A DNA stretch of 46,779 nt, taken from positions 1 to 46,779 of the forward strand of contig JBBTQR010000003.1 of NCBI GenBank assembly GCA_038065595.1. Direction: 5' to 3'. The DNA is from Patescibacteria group bacterium (GTDB lineage Bacteria; Patescibacteriota; Minisyncoccia; Sungbacterales; JBBTQR01). Positions 45,996 through 46,779 of this stretch are shown one piece after another. Under the pieces are notes generated by a model. It was not told the DNA's origin, ran no database searches, and saw only the letters and a list, made by a program, of their open reading frames with translations. Position 1 is the first letter of the stretch; every line of letters starts with the position of its first letter. Made by a program: the position numbers and the translations under genes.

Positions 45996-46250
45996 ATGAC
46001 TAATTTTGAAAAAGACCCATTATCGCACGAGGCAAATGAACTTTTTGCTGAACACCAAAAAGAAAAAACGGCCGAGCGACAACGCGAAGAAAGTCTGATT
46101 TTCTTCGCAGAAAAAGCACGCAAATGTATGCTGTGGTTTCTTGATCAGGGGCTAATTTCTGGTCGCATGACACTTGATGATGTTCTCGGAATTCTAGAAA
46201 CAAGAAGTGCGGAAGCTAAAGAAAAAATTAAAGACGAAGATCAAAAATAA
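45996..46250 (+). CDS. Hypothetical small protein (84 aa)
   Basis: ORF only: charged helical sequence with no obvious SD. Confidence 0.4.
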   Translation: MTNFEKDPLSHEANELFAEHQKEKTAERQREESLIFFAEKARKCMLWFLDQGLISGRMTLDDVLGILETRSAEAKEKIKDEDQK

Positions 46251-46274
46251 TCAGCGCCAAAATACTGCAAAAAT

Positions 46275-46487
46275 CTAAGTCATGAGTGTTTGAAAATCCA
46301 TGTTCATCTCTGGCATCGCAAAAAGTGTTTCGAGATGTTTTATCTCAGCATTCTTTGCTTTATCCCCCACATCACCAGCAAGCTCGCTTCCATATTCTTT
46401 GCACACACTCAAAACAAACTCATATTCCTTTTTATACTTTTCTTTTGCGATTTCCCGTTTTTGTAAAAAAACATCATGTCTTCTCAT
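46275..46487 (-). CDS. Hypothetical small protein (70 aa)
   Basis: Strong SD AAGGAGG 5 nt upstream of the ATG. Convergent with 45996-46250. Confidence 0.55.
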   Translation of the reverse strand: MRRHDVFLQKREIAKEKYKKEYEFVLSVCKEYGSELAGDVGDKAKNAEIKHLETLFAMPEMNMDFQTLMT

Positions 46488-46645
46488 GTGTTCCTCCTTG
46501 TATTAGTTAACTTAAAGGCATGTATTGCGTGTACCACTATACATATACATGCACATGCAAAAACTTTATAACGCAAGAAGTCTCACACGATCAAAACCCG
46601 CCCTCCAATTTCAAAAACCCTAAACAAGACGCCTCATTTATTTTG

Positions 46646-46689
46646 CCAAAACAAAAACAACGGCATGGTGCGCCGTTGTTTTTGTTTGG
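46646..46689. terminator. Long A/T-plus-GC hairpin (possible terminator)
   Basis: 13-bp perfect stem caaaaacaacggc/gccgttgtttttg, extendable to about 16-18 bp, with loop atggtgc. Which transcript it would terminate is unclear. Confidence 0.4.
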
Positions 46690-46730
46690 GTTCATAATTT
46701 CAGTCAAAACCGCTTTATGAAAAATAAAAT

Positions 46731-46779
46731 AAAGCTCCTCGGGGCAAAGCCCCGAGGTATCAGTCGGAACTCGCTTCGT
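46731..46779 (-). repeat. Family-2 repeat copy, inverted, truncated by the window end
   Basis: Its reverse complement matches 26780-26827 (about 46 of 49 positions) and includes the hairpin cctcgggg..ccccgagg. Confidence 0.8.

Noticed and set aside
1-46779. CRISPR array, retron, DGR or integron attC interpretation of the hairpin repeats
   Set aside because: The repeats are not regularly spaced with unique spacers. No cas, reverse transcriptase or integrase gene is present. The hairpins lack the attC core sites (RYYYAAC / GTTRRRY).
1-46779. Alternative genetic code (UGA recoding, as in some CPR lineages)
   Set aside because: TGA clearly terminates well-defined genes (36565-36567, 38130-38132). 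All conserved proteins are full length under the standard code.

Overview
This 46.8-kb window is densely coding and roughly 40-45% GC by eye. It uses the standard bacterial code, since TGA serves as a stop at 36565-36567 and 38130-38132.

The housekeeping backbone includes htrA-like, ftsH, rpsA, gyrA, ksgA, HU, ymdB-rny, gpmI, an S41 peptidase, clpP-tig, an H+-pyrophosphatase, nusA, a CPBP protease and a VIT1 transporter. With it sit a type IV pilus (T4P)-like assembly locus and a tandem array of five VirB2/TrbC-like mini-pilin genes. This gene mix resembles a small-genome, surface-attached CPR/Patescibacteria-type bacterium, but that is inference and not a search result.

The main points of interest are:
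1. An orphan two-gene cassette (472 aa and 501 aa, no recognisable domains) sits between ftsH and rpsA, with its own promoter, strong Shine-Dalgarno sites (SDs) and terminators.
2. The mini-pilin array has no type IV secretion (T4SS) machinery in the window and lies next to the T4P locus. That locus has a histidine kinase and a receiver-only regulator embedded between pilC and pilB.
3. Two families of interspersed multi-hairpin repeats are present. One brackets htrA and includes a 33-bp perfect inverted repeat. Both window ends fall inside repeat copies.
4. There are several unexplained noncoding units: a promoter-to-terminator unit next to the tRNAs, a 597-bp region upstream of rny with a strong-SD mini-ORF and mutually exclusive pairings, and a palindrome over a -10 box.

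No rRNA gene, CRISPR array, transposase, integrase or reverse transcriptase was seen. All family assignments come from motifs read by eye; no database search was run.
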